A stretch of 63,988 nucleotides of DNA, filler included, from Octopus bimaculoides (taxonomy: Eukaryota): NCBI RefSeq assembly GCF_001194135.2. It is 4 parts of 4 records of this genome, joined end to end, with 100 filler letters (N's around TTAATTAATTAA, not from the genome) between each part and the next. Parts side by side here need not be neighbours in the genome. Positions count along the whole stretch, not along the records: positions 61,935 to 63,988 come from NW_026299503.1; 3 more parts are not named here. One strand, 5' to 3'. The translations under genes and the position numbers were made by a program. Each line of letters opens with the position of its first letter. Position 1 is the first letter of the stretch. The notes beneath the pieces are model-generated. The model ran no database searches. It was not told the DNA's origin and worked only from the letters and a program-made list of their open reading frames with translations. Of the stretch, positions 63,931-63,988 are shown in pieces.

Positions 63931-63988
63931 ATGGCTGTGTGGTAAGGAGGTTGCTTCCCAACCACATGGTTACGGGTTCAATCCCACT
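63931..63988 (+). mobile_element. SINE head (9336 family), cut by the window end
   Basis: TGGCTGTGTGGTAAGGAGGTTGCTTCCCAACCACATGGTTACGGGTTCAATCCCACT. Confidence 0.8.

Noticed and set aside
1-63988. CRISPR arrays, operons or prokaryotic defence systems
   Set aside because: No regularly spaced repeat-spacer structure or bacterial-type gene density; the sequence is eukaryotic repeat-rich DNA.

Overview
AT-rich, microsatellite-dense, gap-ridden animal genomic DNA. The tRNA-derived SINE families and repeat landscape suggest an octopus/cephalopod draft assembly, but this is inferred and not verified. No intact host gene is recognisable; two weak exon candidates lie on the minus strand. Nearly all interpretable sequence is mobile DNA: (1) six R4/Dong-clade RLE non-LTR retrotransposon copies, most flanked by (TAA)n, including a full-length decayed copy (1263-4750) and a copy whose 5' end is fused to an 18S rRNA fragment (191-318); (2) Penelope-like element remnants with GIY-YIG domains, plus two inverted-repeat structures carrying a minimal hammerhead ribozyme motif in each arm (17409-19061, 61935-62418); (3) a complete Chapaev3-type DNA transposon with TIRs and TAA TSD (19660-22543); (4) a 704-bp MITE with perfect 28-bp TIRs, 8-bp TSD and internal (TTAGGG)6; (5) RTE, CR1/L2-like and other LINE fragments, Helentron-type non-autonomous elements and many SINEs; (6) a perfect 145-bp inverted repeat (11232-11679). 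Most long ORFs in the supplied track are microsatellite or N-gap artefacts. Family assignments come from motif recognition, not database searches.
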